A stretch of 64,000 bases of DNA from Eledone cirrhosa. Lineage: Eukaryota. The notes beneath the pieces are model-generated. The model worked only from the letters and a program-made list of their open reading frames with translations, was not told where the DNA came from and ran no database searches. Of the stretch, positions 11,712-23,277 are shown piece by piece. The position numbers and the translations under genes were made by a program. The stretch is from positions 12,710,001 through 12,774,000 of the forward strand of contig OZ024743.1 in the NCBI GenBank assembly GCA_964016885.1, given 5' to 3'. The number at the start of each line of letters is the position of its first letter. Position 1 is the stretch's first letter.

Positions 11712-12119
11712 TATGTATGTATGTATATGAGTATATATATATATAATTTTAAAACAAAAAAATGTTTAATACAATTATATACGGAAGTATATATATATAT
11801 ATATCAGTTGAGTGGGACTGAAGTTTTGGCGAAGAACTACTTCCGTATATATTAACATCTTAGTATGTTATAAAATGTATTTTACTTAGTTTCATGGTAA
11901 AGAAGACAATGACTCAGTGCAATGTTGATTTTTAGATATTGTATCTTGAAGAAGCTATTTATTCACATTTGCTTCATGATTGTTACATTGGAGTTTAAGT
12001 GGATGACAGATAGTAAAACATTTGAGTGTCGCTGGTTAGTGCCGTGTTTCTGACACTGTCTTTCAATTGTAATCATAGTACTTAATGGTTCACTGTAGGT
12101 CTTAGTGATAAGTAGGTTG

Positions 12120-12600
12120 TTATTTTTTAACCCCATGTCAGCTCTGATTGAGCAAACTTATAATGAAAGGTGTTCCAGTCATTACCAGTCCGTCCTTTTT
12201 TTTTTAAAACCAGTGTCTACATTGCCAATTGTAGGCATTTTTATTTAAGAAGGTCAGAGGTGATGCGAGGAATATTTGGCTGCTATTTTTGCAGATCCAA
12301 CAACTGTTGAAGAGCCCGCTCGTTTACTGGAGATATAAATAGGTAGCTAAAACTGATAAAATTTACGCTGTAAATTTGATAAGTGTTTGTAATTGTTGTT
12401 TAGTCCCAGATTAGTTCTTTTCGTATAGATCTATAATAAAATTCATTGCTAACGGATAGGTTGTTATTCGTATCCTGTTTATCCAAAGTTACATGTAACA
12501 GCTGTCTTTATTTCTTTAAACGATAGGGTGCATGATTTTACCGAGCTCTAGTTGCTATTTCTAACAGGCTAAGAAACTACGTAGATATTCTTTTACAGAC
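12120..12600 (+). repeat. Two copies of a ~200 bp dispersed repeat (further copies near 12.8, 13.6-13.9, 20.8-21.0 and 49.5-50.1 kb)
   Basis: Recurring consensus-like GTCAGCT.TGATT.AGCA.A..TAT.ATGAAAGG..TTCCAG.CAT..CCA...GCTATTT.TAGCAG. Diverged, so boundaries are approximate. Confidence 0.6.
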
Positions 12601-13190
12601 TTGCTATGTGTTTATTGTACTTCTGTGTTGTTTTTAACACCTGAAATGAGTGTACACTCAGATTTCGCTAAATTAAATTTGTATAAACTCTATCTGTGAA
12701 TATTATCAGAAGAAAATTCGAGTCCTATGGATCCCACTAACATTTTCAAGTTGTTATTGTTGTTGATGTTACTTGATGATCTCAGTTTAGCTCTGAACAG
12801 GCAGATACATGATGAAGAGCGTTCAAGCCATGGCATTCCTGTTTTTTTCCTGAAAATAGGGTTATGTAATGTAAGTCATAATGTATAATATCAAAAAATT
12901 ATGTATAAGCTCTCTCATTGGATCGATATATCCAAGTAGTAAGTATATCATACCCAGAGTAATAAGAATATCCTTGGATCATGAAATATGAAGATGGAAG
13001 TGGCTTCGTGTTTTTCTTCCTCAGCAGAATGTAATTAATTTTTTTCATCGATATTTTCATTCTTTGATGTACAGCACATTGACCCGTGCTAGGAAACCTA
13101 CAGGTGTTTATCGGCTTTTCAGTGAGAAGAAATTGATAGCCACGTTGGGAATGATGACCCACAACATTTTTACGGTGCAATGCAGTCGAC

Positions 13191-13303
<113 letters not shown>

Positions 13304-14708
13304 TCGACCTCAGTATTTGACTTATACCTTATTTATTGACTCCAGAAAGATGGAAGTCAAAATCGACCTCAGCGGTGTTTGAACTCAGAATGCAGAGAAC
13401 CAGAACAAATACCATAACTCATTTAAACTGACCATTTAATGGTTCTGCTAATTCGATTAACTTTATTGATTTATAAATATATTGATTCTGTGATGATTTG
13501 CCAAACCAAGAGAACACTGCTCTTATCCATACTCATCTAACATATACAACCACTAAATAATTGTTTTTACTTTTGGCACAAGACCAGCAATTACCCCAGT
13601 GCGTGACTGGTATTTTTAAATAATGAAGAAACGTCTACGTACTTAATCAACCTTTTAGAAATAGCTGTTAAATCTCCCCATAACAACATTTTATTGTCTT
13701 AAGAAGGAGAAGCACATTGAATAGGATAGGACGACCATGACAAGAATGGCTTTATTTATAGGTCTACTCGATCAGCACTAAACAAAATTATTTAATACAA
13801 GCCAATAAATCTCTCTCAAGTAGTCACTAGAGCGGCTAGAAATAGCAGTCATTTCTCCCAAAATTGTGGACATACTGGATAATGTACTTCAACCTACACC
13901 GAGTTTTGATATTACTATTACTGAAATGGTTTTGATCATAGTTCTTTCGACGCTGACCCGCGTCTAACAACAACCAAAGTAACAACAACAACAGTAAACA
14001 TTTTGTGTTACTGTGTCTGTTAAGATTGTTTGATTGATTGTTTTCAGTATCCTGTTTGTTATCTCCCAAACTACTGAAGCTAGAATGTTCTAGATATTTT
14101 TATCAGTGATTTCTAAACAGACTACAAAAAATGTTTTCATTCTGGCTGTATGTTGATTAGATATCCATTTTTTGTGGAAACGAAAGAAGCAAACGAAGAA
14201 GTGAATAATATTTCATGTGTTTTCCTTTCTAGTGACTCAAAATGTTGTTTATGCAATTAAATCTAAATTTATTTGACAATTCATATTTCTTCTATATTTG
14301 ATCCATAGACAGACTATTTCTGAATGTTTGTGAATGGTCCCGCTAAACTATAAACGTGTGTATTGGCACATATTTTGCAACTACGAAATTCGTGTTCACA
14401 CTAAAGGTTCGTTGCCTAAAATACGTAGTAATTAAAAATTACTTATAAAGCTTTCTATTCTCAAGGCAGCTGTTAGAAACTTCTGATAGTATCGAAGAGA
14501 ACTATTAGGCTTTCATATTTAAAAATGGAGACATTTTCGGAAATATATCGAGATTAATATACATTACTAAGGTAACATCAAGATTCTCTCTTTTCTCAGT
14601 TATCCTTCCTTTCTATCACACTTTATTACACCTTTCCTTTTATCTTATTCGGCCTTGTTACTTCAATATTTATAATCATATTTGCATTGTAGTGGCTTCC
14701 TAAACTCT

Positions 14709-14766
<58 letters not shown>

Positions 14767-14768
<2 letters not shown>

Positions 14769-15239
14769 CTATAGAGTAAAGTATGTCCAGAGAATTATTT
14801 GATAATATATATACATCATCTCTACTCCCAATCAGCATAATTAACCACACAAAAAATCAATTAGACCAGGCTATAAGAATAAAAGGCATCTATGAAGAAA
14901 CAGTAAATAAATACGCCACTGCGGTGTCTTCGCGTCCAACCGCTATAGAGTATTCACCCAACATTTCAACAGCACGTGGAAATTAATTAAATACACAGTC
15001 AACCATACATAATTAGGTAAAAATTAATGTTAGAAATGCTTATATACATACCAGGATTAAATCACTAATAATCCTGGTATGTATATAAGCATTTCTAACA
15101 TTAATTTTTACCTAATTATCTATGGTTGACTGTGTATTTAATTAATTGATTTTTTGTGTGGTTAATTATGCTGATTGGGAGTAGAGATGATGTATATATA
15201 TTATCAAATAATTCTCTGGACATGCTTTACTCTATAGTA
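14767..15239. repeat. Long near-perfect inverted repeat (foldback)
   Basis: 14767-14863 plus 14985-15059 are the reverse complement of about 15068-15239. The left arm carries an extra ~120 bp bounded by AATTA. Confidence 0.9.
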
Positions 15240-15654
15240 TTTCGCTCTGATTAATTTATTAATTCTCCATTGAGCCACATCGTGAAAAGTTGCAAAAACA
15301 CATATATACCTGTGACTTTGTTTAATTGGTGTATGTGTAAATATATATATATATATATAAAAAATAGGAGGCGTACATGACAAAGATAATGGCAAAACAA
15401 CAGAAAGACGACAGTTCCATTCCCCAGTCAACCCCTGGAAATCTCTACGATTCCATTAATTCCAGCTCACACTGGACAAGTTATGGCCGAGACAAGTTAT
15501 GCTTTTGGTGTGCTTAGCCAAAGGAGAAAAAAAGCATATAGAAAAGAAAGAAATAGTAAAATAAGAGAATAACAAGGACTGTAGTCCAGCGTGCAGACAA
15601 AGAAAGACACTTCGTAGAAAAGATAAGAATGGAGAATAAAGGAAAAACAGACAT

Positions 15655-17995
15655 GGCCGAGATCGGGGACCGGAGGCCAAGGCCGCCATACCTGACAGGT
15701 AAAGTGGCCTGTTGCCACCCTATGTCGTCAAACTTGACGTTGCATATCCCCTCGGCTGCTGCTCGGATACAAGTATCGAGGTCAGCGAGGAGAGATGTCT
15801 GGGTGTAGCACGGACTGCTGCGGAGTGTATAGAGGAGCTTCGGCATGGCGAATCAGTTCCTCAGCAGAAAGAGAGCTGGGTGGCCGTCAATCAAGCCCAG
15901 TCAGCTCGTGAGAGTCTGGAGCTGTTGAAGCCTGGACCTGATGGTGGAGAGGATGGCCGGTGGGTGGATCGGTGACCCGAGGATGAAGACATTCTCTTTG
16001 GGGGTCACCTGAACCTGGCAGAGAATGGACCGCACGTCCAAGACGGAGGCTGCAAAGCTCGCAGCATCGAGGCTAACATTCACCAACTCCGACTTGGCCG
16101 AGTTGACCTGGAGGCCGATTCCCGCCAGGGCAGTAACCACGGATTGAAGGTCATGGCAGACCGTCCGTACGGGCCCGCCCAACATAGCATCATCCAGATA
16201 CCAAACGTTGAGAGGAGCCGTGATACTCCGGGCGATGTGGTCAATACCAAGGGCGAACAGGAGGTGTCCCAAAGGGTCGCCCTGTTGGACCCCAGTAGCC
16301 GAGGGTATGACCGTATCAGCAGCAAGGAGCATGCTCGGGGCTCCATATGACAGGTAGGCTAGCGGGTAGGCAGAGGGGGCTCGGCTGAGACAGGCCTCGA
16401 ACAGATGATCCCGGCGTAAAGAGTTGAAGGTATTCCTCATGTCAAGCTTGACAATGAGGTACCTGGAGTACCTGGATGCCGGTTCCGATGGGCAGCTGTT
16501 GAAGAACTGCCTGGTTGCATGAGCGACCCCCTCACAGTCACCGGACACGCCGACACCCAGTTGCATCGGACTAAACTCCTCACCCAGTTCGTGTGTTACG
16601 GACTTGCAGATCACATTGGCAGCCAGCCACCGGAAGACATTGCCCACAGCAATGGTACGTATGCCACCCTCTTTCTTCCCGAGAGCGGTGAGGCTGGCCG
16701 AAAAAGAGGCCTCGGGCGTAAGAGTCCAGGACACCATGGATGAGCCTATTGGTTAGCGCCACAATTGCACTCAGAAGGCGGCGCCCGGCCTCAGTGGAGC
16801 GGGGGATGTCAACTCCTTGAGGTGGCCTGGTCAGAGACCATCAACACCTCCGCAGCTGCTAGCTGGGAAGGACCTGATGGCGGACATGATGTCTGCATTA
16901 GTAGCCACAAGGAGCAAGTGGGGTCGGGTGGTGGTATGGCTCTGAGATCAGTGGGTGGCTCGGGGGGTTTGAGTCGCAGAGCAGCCAGGACCTCCTCAGT
17001 GGGTTGGAGGACAGTGTCCTCTGAGGCAACAACTCTGACTGCGACTGAGACATCACCCATGATAAGCTTGGCGTTTACCTGGTCACGCAAAGCTTGGCGC
17101 TGGCCTCGGGGGTGGAGGATAGGGGGTACCTGAGAGCGAGGTGTGTGGCGTCCCTGGGCACGCTTGGAATGGGCGCTCGCCCAAGGGACGAGACATTGGC
17201 CTTGACGAAGGTTGCTGTTGACCGGCCGCCCCGGTCAGCGCCAGAGCTGGGGAGGCCGAGGGCGAATGGGGCAAAATAGAACAGCCGCTGGCTCGATTGA
17301 CTCCAGGGCGCTCTCAATCGAGGAAGTGAGGGCATCGGCTACCGGCACCCGTGCCGCTCTCGAGATCCTGAGTGGGATCTTCCGGAGCCTCCTGAGACGA
17401 GCGATGTTGACCAGGCAAGCTCGCTGTCCCATCTGGTGGTGTGCCAGACGGCCGTGGCTGGGAAGACGTGGGGAAGATGCAGCTCCTGCACCTCCATGCT
17501 GCGAGAGCATTGGAAGCTCGATGAGTCAAGCCAACGCAGGTGAGGTGGTGGAAGCAGCCGCACTCCAAACAGTTCCGGCCCCTCTTCCGTTTGTTAGTGG
17601 TGCTGCAAGTGCTGCAGGTGACGGATTGGAGGGGTGGAGGATGGGGCGTGGGGCCGGGACTGGGACACCGAGCGGCATCAGGGGTGGGTGGCTGGCATGT
17701 GTGGGTGGAAGGGAAAGTGCTGGTAAGAGGGCCTCATAGTTCACCTATATATATGGACGCGCCAGAAAACAAGAGAGAAAAGAAGGGGCTGCATGGAGGG
17801 GGAGACACAGGAAGGTAGAATGGTAGTAAATGAATGAGTGAATGGATGGATGTACACACAAAAAATGGGGGAGGGGAGAAAACAAGGGTTGTTCCCAGCG
17901 GAAAGACCCAGAGTTCAGCACGCACACATGCGAGCAACTTAGCAGTTTGTCATAGGACCTAGTGGCTGCAGGTGAGTCACTGATGCTGGGGTTGG
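15655..17995 (-). mobile_element. CRE-clade-like non-LTR retrotransposon, frameshifted and 3'-truncated
   Basis: GC-rich island. RT motifs ALGKKEGGIRTIAVGNVFRWLAA, QLGVGVSGDCEGVAHATR, LDMRNTFNSLRRD, GVQQGDPLGHLLFALGI, WYLDD, then WQQATLPVRYGGLGLR. N-terminal PHD finger at 17479-17616. The clade call rests on motif recall. Confidence 0.82.
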
Positions 17996-18784
17996 GTTCC
18001 TCTTGTTAATGGTAGAGTTGTTGTTGTTAATGTCACTGTTGTCGTCGTTGCCTTCCTCTTGTTAATGGTGAAGATATAGAGCGAAATACAAATCCACCAG
18101 TAGACAAGTATATAAAAAAAGTATATAGAAATAAAAGTTAACATTTCTGTCTGGGATATAAATATTTGTTTTACATTTTCACAAACATCGTGACGATATT
18201 CTCAATGGACGCGCTTACAATATTTGAATATAACTGAACCGCCGTGTGTCATTTAACTTGAAAAGTGGAGCATAGTAAAAGGAGAATAGTGAATTTGGAG
18301 TGTCAATCCATTGTTTATTTATTTATTTATTTTTTTTCCCAATACCGGACTTACAGTTTTCCAGGATTTATAGACTCATTTGTTTTTATTTTTCCTTCAA
18401 AAGGATGGAGGCGTTTTATCTCCTCATGAAACTGACATTACTTAATGATGTTCGTTATCTATGGCTTATTCATATGTATTATTTCATAGTAATGTACTGG
18501 GTAGTTGCTGGCCTTGTGCCAAAAGTAGAAACAATTATTTCATAACTCTATAGAACGTTTAGAATGTTTGTGCAGTGTTCTGTGTCCAGCCAGGTTTGTA
18601 CAACAGGTAAGAAAAGTGATGATTCGGTTTCTTCTGATAGGAGCCTCTCCCACGTCGGAAGATCGAAGTGTGTTTTCTTGTCTTCTTCAATACTTTCATA
18701 ACGGCTTCGGAGATTTAAAATTTATGTTTCCATTGGTGCTTACATTTCCACACGGTTTGGCACGAGGTAATTTATTCCAGCACT

Positions 18785-18915
18785 TTACGTTCTAAGTTCA
18801 AATCCTGTCGCTATCGACTTTACTTTCATCCTTCCGAGATCGATAAAATAAAGTACCAATGACTTTCCTCTTCTCTTCTATATTACTGGCCTTGTGCCTA
18901 AGTTAGAAACCATTA
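18785..18915 (+). mobile_element. tRNA-type SINE fragment
   Basis: AAGTTCAAATCC...GACTTTACTTTCATCCTTCCGAGATCGATAAAATAAAGTACC...GGCCTTGTGCC. Confidence 0.75.
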
Positions 18916-19456
18916 TCTGAGTTAAGTCACAGGAAGGACGACCTTGCCGAGACATTTAATCTTCTCCATAAAAACATAGAACCTGAACTTGTATCCAGAC
19001 AATTTGTCTCCTTCGTTGCCATGACTTCCTTTAATGATTTATAATTACAAGGAATTCAAACTAAACTACTTTACTTCAAAGCGTACTAATTGAAAAAAAG
19101 ATTTATTAATATAATTAGTGCGTGGCTTAATTTATTTCACAAGAATCACCATATTTTTGTCTGGTAGCTTGTTTTGTTGTTTTTGTTCCAATCATTGTAA
19201 CAGTAGAGTGGAGAAGAGAATTTTGTTAATCTGTTTGCTAAATTCTCAGAGAAGGTTTTGAAGTCTTATTCGGATCATTTAGATACTTTTGCAGACATCG
19301 CCTTAACTAGACAAAATCAACTTTATTGAGGGTATTTATCAACTAGCTGAGCATATTTATCTTCTAGCCACACACCAATTGTACGAACTGAACTTAGCAC
19401 TTCGTTGCAATAATCACAACAAACTATAGGACCCAGCGGTGTCTGTCTGTATGTAT

Positions 19457-20157
19457 GTCAGGTCACCAGTTGGTGCTACTGGTAACATGTATCCCAGTAC
19501 AACCTGCCTCATGATCGGATCGTTGGCGACTAAACTGGCAACCCCACCAAGGTTTGTTGGTGAGGAGGGTGGGTGACTTTGGACATCCTGCAGGACTAAA
19601 AACAAAACCTGTCAAAGGGCAAAGGAGCTCTTAAGAGTCAATGGCCATCCAAAATCACCGGGAGAGATGACCCCTTAGCCTTTGTCAAGGCAGAATTCTA
19701 GGAGAAGAAAAACTCTGATATAACACCTGCAACCCTGATGGTATCCAATGATGTTGACTTGTTCTTCTTTTTGGTAAATATCATCTTGGTTAAGAGAGTG
19801 GGACTGGCTTTGTGCAGTGCCTTTGCTCACTATAAAAGCTTCACGGCACAGGCATTGCTTTATATCTGGAGATCTCTCTGCACTTGTCGTCACATGGTAC
19901 CATGGGCCCAACACTATGTGTCAGTAATTGTCACAAGTGTAGTGTTTGTACCAGAGTTTTCAAGTCGCTGGCTGGACTAAAAAGTCACACTCGTTCAGCG
20001 CATCGGTAGGGGTTCTCCTACATGGATATAAAGTAGTGGCCGTACTCGAAAACGAGTTGGCAGCCACCATGTATGTATGTATGTATGTATGTATGTATGT
20101 ATGTATGTATGTATGTATGTATGTATGTATGTATGTATGTATGTATGTATGTATGTA
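19457..20157 (+). mobile_element. Non-autonomous bipartite RTE derivative with (TATG)n tail
   Basis: 5' UTR-like part with CTAGGAGAAGAAAAACTCTGA, fused to a 3' part that still encodes [26 protein letters not shown] (19929-20009). This resembles the last finger of the RTE ORF at 56.6 kb. Confidence 0.82.
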
Positions 20158-20184
20158 TAACTGTATGGGCGGATGGATGGATCC

Positions 20185-20505
20185 GTAACTCTTGAGGAAG
20201 TCGTAGAGGCACCCTAGTGATATACGGACTGTCTTGGGTACTTAAAACCTGGAGGAGCATCTTGGGTTCTTTAAACTTGGAGGAGCACATCTCCTCTCTG
20301 GGTCTGAACATAGCCGATTTCTTCTAGAGAGTGTAAGAGAGGAAGTGAGAAAGAGATATAGAGGAAGAATTGACTCCAGTACTAGATTGGTACTTATATA
20401 TCTACCTTGAAAATGTAAAAAGCTTCGGGGGTGGGGGAGGGGTGAACTCAGAGCACAGAGAGCCAGAAAGAATACCATAAAGCATTCTAACGATTCTGTC
20501 ACCTT
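20185..20505 (-). mobile_element. SINE variant with a different 3' extension (related copies about 48435-48710 and 50790-51090)
   Basis: SINE core ...ATTGGTACTT...TGAACTCAGAGC joined to a block shared with the 48.4 kb and 51.0 kb copies. Confidence 0.55.
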
Positions 20506-21157
20506 CAGTGGTATCTATTTTATTTTAGTCAAAAGAAGAAAGGCATAGCCTATAACCTTTTGAAGGGGATTCGAGATTGGTGGGGATAAAGGTAGGGTTT
20601 GTAGGTTGCTGTAGTAAGAAGCAGAGCAAGTATCGAGTTATTTCTATCGAGGAAACCTGGTCCAAATGATTACAATAGAAAAAGAAACCCAGCTAATCGA
20701 TAGCTGGTGGTATTGAACCGAGTGACAGATTCAGTCTACTATTGAAAGCCAATATGCTTAAATTAGCTACGGTACCAGGATTTCTACAAGAGATATATGG
20801 AGCTTACACATAGTAACTAAATCTACTATAGATAACTTTTAGACTCTCTTCAAAACATCATTTTATTAAATGAAGGAGACATTGGATAATAGAATCCTGG
20901 ACATGTCCGAAAATAAGTCGGAATTTTCATAGCTGCAATGATTTTATCGTATGCTTTTGCCTGGGACTAAACAACAACAATAATCTTAATTATAATTTAA
21001 TAGGCTCGTCCATTTGAAACACAGTCACAACCACGAATGCACGAAACCAATTATAAGTCAATTCATTAAGTTATTATCTTCATTCTAGTTCAGGTAGAGC
21101 GGACAGAGTCAAAAAGAAAGGAAAAAAAACTAAGAGGTAGACTCTCATACATATTTC

Positions 21158-21613
21158 TGGCGGCCGAAATGGGGTTCCCCCGAAGGATCTTTGGTGTAAC
21201 GTTATTCGATAAAGTGCGTAGCTCGGAGATCAGAGAGTCGCTCTAGGTCGAGTCGCATTGAGTCCGAATTGAGAGAGCACAGCTCTGATATTACGGACAT
21301 GTGGTTAGAATGTCTCAGGAAAGAATCGCTGGACAGAGTTAACGAGCAAAACCAATCGGCAGGAGACCCAGGGTTAGACCTCTAGCAAGATGGTTGAATA
21401 ACAACCATGAGTGTGGCTGGTCACTCTTGGGCACCCAGCTGGAACAATTGGAGACGGTTGCTTCTGACAGGACCTGCTGGTAAGCGTGCTTGGGGATTCT
21501 TCCATCACGACATTCCCGGGAATAAGTGGACGTGAACGAAGAAGAAGAAGAAGAAGAAGAAGAAGAAGAAGAAGAAGAAGAAGAAGAAGAAGAAGAAGAA
21601 GAAGAAGAAGAAG
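21158..21613 (+). mobile_element. 5'-truncated RTE-clade (Expander/Rex3-like) LINE 3' end with (GAA)n tail
   Basis: Manual translation AAEMGFPRRIFGVTLFDKVRSSEIRESL*VES...IERAQL*YYGHVVRMSQER...GRRPRVRPLARW has in-frame stops and is followed directly by (GAA)n. Confidence 0.85.
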
Positions 21614-22329
21614 GCAGAGAGAGGCATAGAGAAAAAAATAATGTTGTATTACTCAACTCTACTAATGTCAGAACAGTTCGCTGGAGGTTAAATTCTGGTG
21701 ACATAGAAATCAGTTTTGAGCCTTTTCTCATTCGATCGGTCCCTTTCCAGTGTTTGTGTACCATCTAAAAGCAGGCTAGATGCACCTGACTTTCACATTA
21801 TTGAGTGAATTAATGGAAATAATTTGCTTCTTTGTTCTACACGCCATGACTATTGTAAGATAGTCATGGCGTGTAGAACAAAGATATTGCAATGTGCCAA
21901 ATTTTTCTCAAATCACATACTTAGGATCTTATATAAGGGCTCAATCAGGAGAGACTTGTAACTATCCTCGAAATATTGATTTCTAAAATAGGAAGGAGGC
22001 CAAAAAGACTGAGAGAGAACGGTCTTGTCTCGCTTTATCAGGCGTGAATTGGAGCTAAACGACAGTAACCACCCTCGAAATATTGATTTCTTAAAGCAAG
22101 TAGAAACGACCGAGAGTAAATAGTTATTATGATTGACCAATATTTGACGGTTAAATATATTGCACCCCGCAAGGGAGACTGAACATCGAAGTCAACTTAG
22201 GTGGGTTTGAAATATAATTGGTGGTGTACCGACAATGCGGGGAAGTTGGCAGTGAGGAGCGGCATTTGTTCATTTATTTTCTGTCACTCCACCTAACCAC
22301 CTAAACAACGATAACAACGATAACAACGG

Positions 22330-22460
<131 letters not shown>

Positions 22461-22887
22461 GATATATAATAATATTGATTATGAATTTATACGAAGACGA
22501 ACCGTTATTTATTATGAATTAATGTGGAGATATTACTATAAAATATATCGAATGGCTTCGCTTGAGACAGAAGAACACGAGAGAAAATAAACAACAACAA
22601 CAACAACAACAACGACTGCAACAACAGCAACAACGACTGCAACAACAGTAGTAACAAAATGGAAGAAGGAGAAAAGAATGCCCACTAACGATTCATTTGA
22701 AACAAAATTCCATTTACGTCTCATCTAATGTTTTCATAGCGGTTTGCCATGGAAACATCACTAACTCACACAAACATCACTACCATAGTTATGATCTGAG
22801 AAATATGGGTGGGATAATGTTAAGAAAGACATCCCAAACAATGCGCCCACGTAGTTCTATGATGATGACCACGACGATGATGATGAT

Positions 22888-23251
22888 AATTGTTTCTACT
22901 TTTGGCACAAGGCCAGCAATTACCCCAGTGCATTACTGGTGCTTTATTTTATCGACGCCGTAAGGATGAAAGTTAAACTTGAAGTCGATGACGATGACGA
23001 TGAGGATGATGACGTTGATGACGATGATGATGATGATGATGATCATCATCATCATCATCTTATATAATTGTTTCTACTTTTGGTACAAGGCCAGCAATTA
23101 CCCCAGCGCATTACTGGTACTTTATTTTATCGACTTTGTAAGGATGAAAGGCAAAGTTAACCTTGGCAGAATTTGAAATCAGACCGTAAAGGGCCGTACC
23201 TCTATGCTGCAAAGCATGGCGTCCGATCCTCTACTGATACTGCCAATCCAC
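22888..23251 (-). mobile_element. Two SINE copies (partial 22888-22978, full 23065-23251) among (GAT)/(CAT) repeats
   Basis: Same family motifs as 1613-1795. Confidence 0.85.
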
Positions 23252-23277
23252 TAATGATGAAGATGTTTATGATGAAG

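Noticed and set aside
16080-17818. Plus-strand and alternative-frame ORFs over the CRE-like element (likewise over the Tx1 element)
   Set aside because: They are shadow ORFs in GC-rich coding sequence with no independent motifs.
18553-18612. Possible 54-bp exon ending at CAG|GTAAGA
   Set aside because: The acceptor is weak and the peptide is unrecognisable, so it cannot be supported without transcript data.
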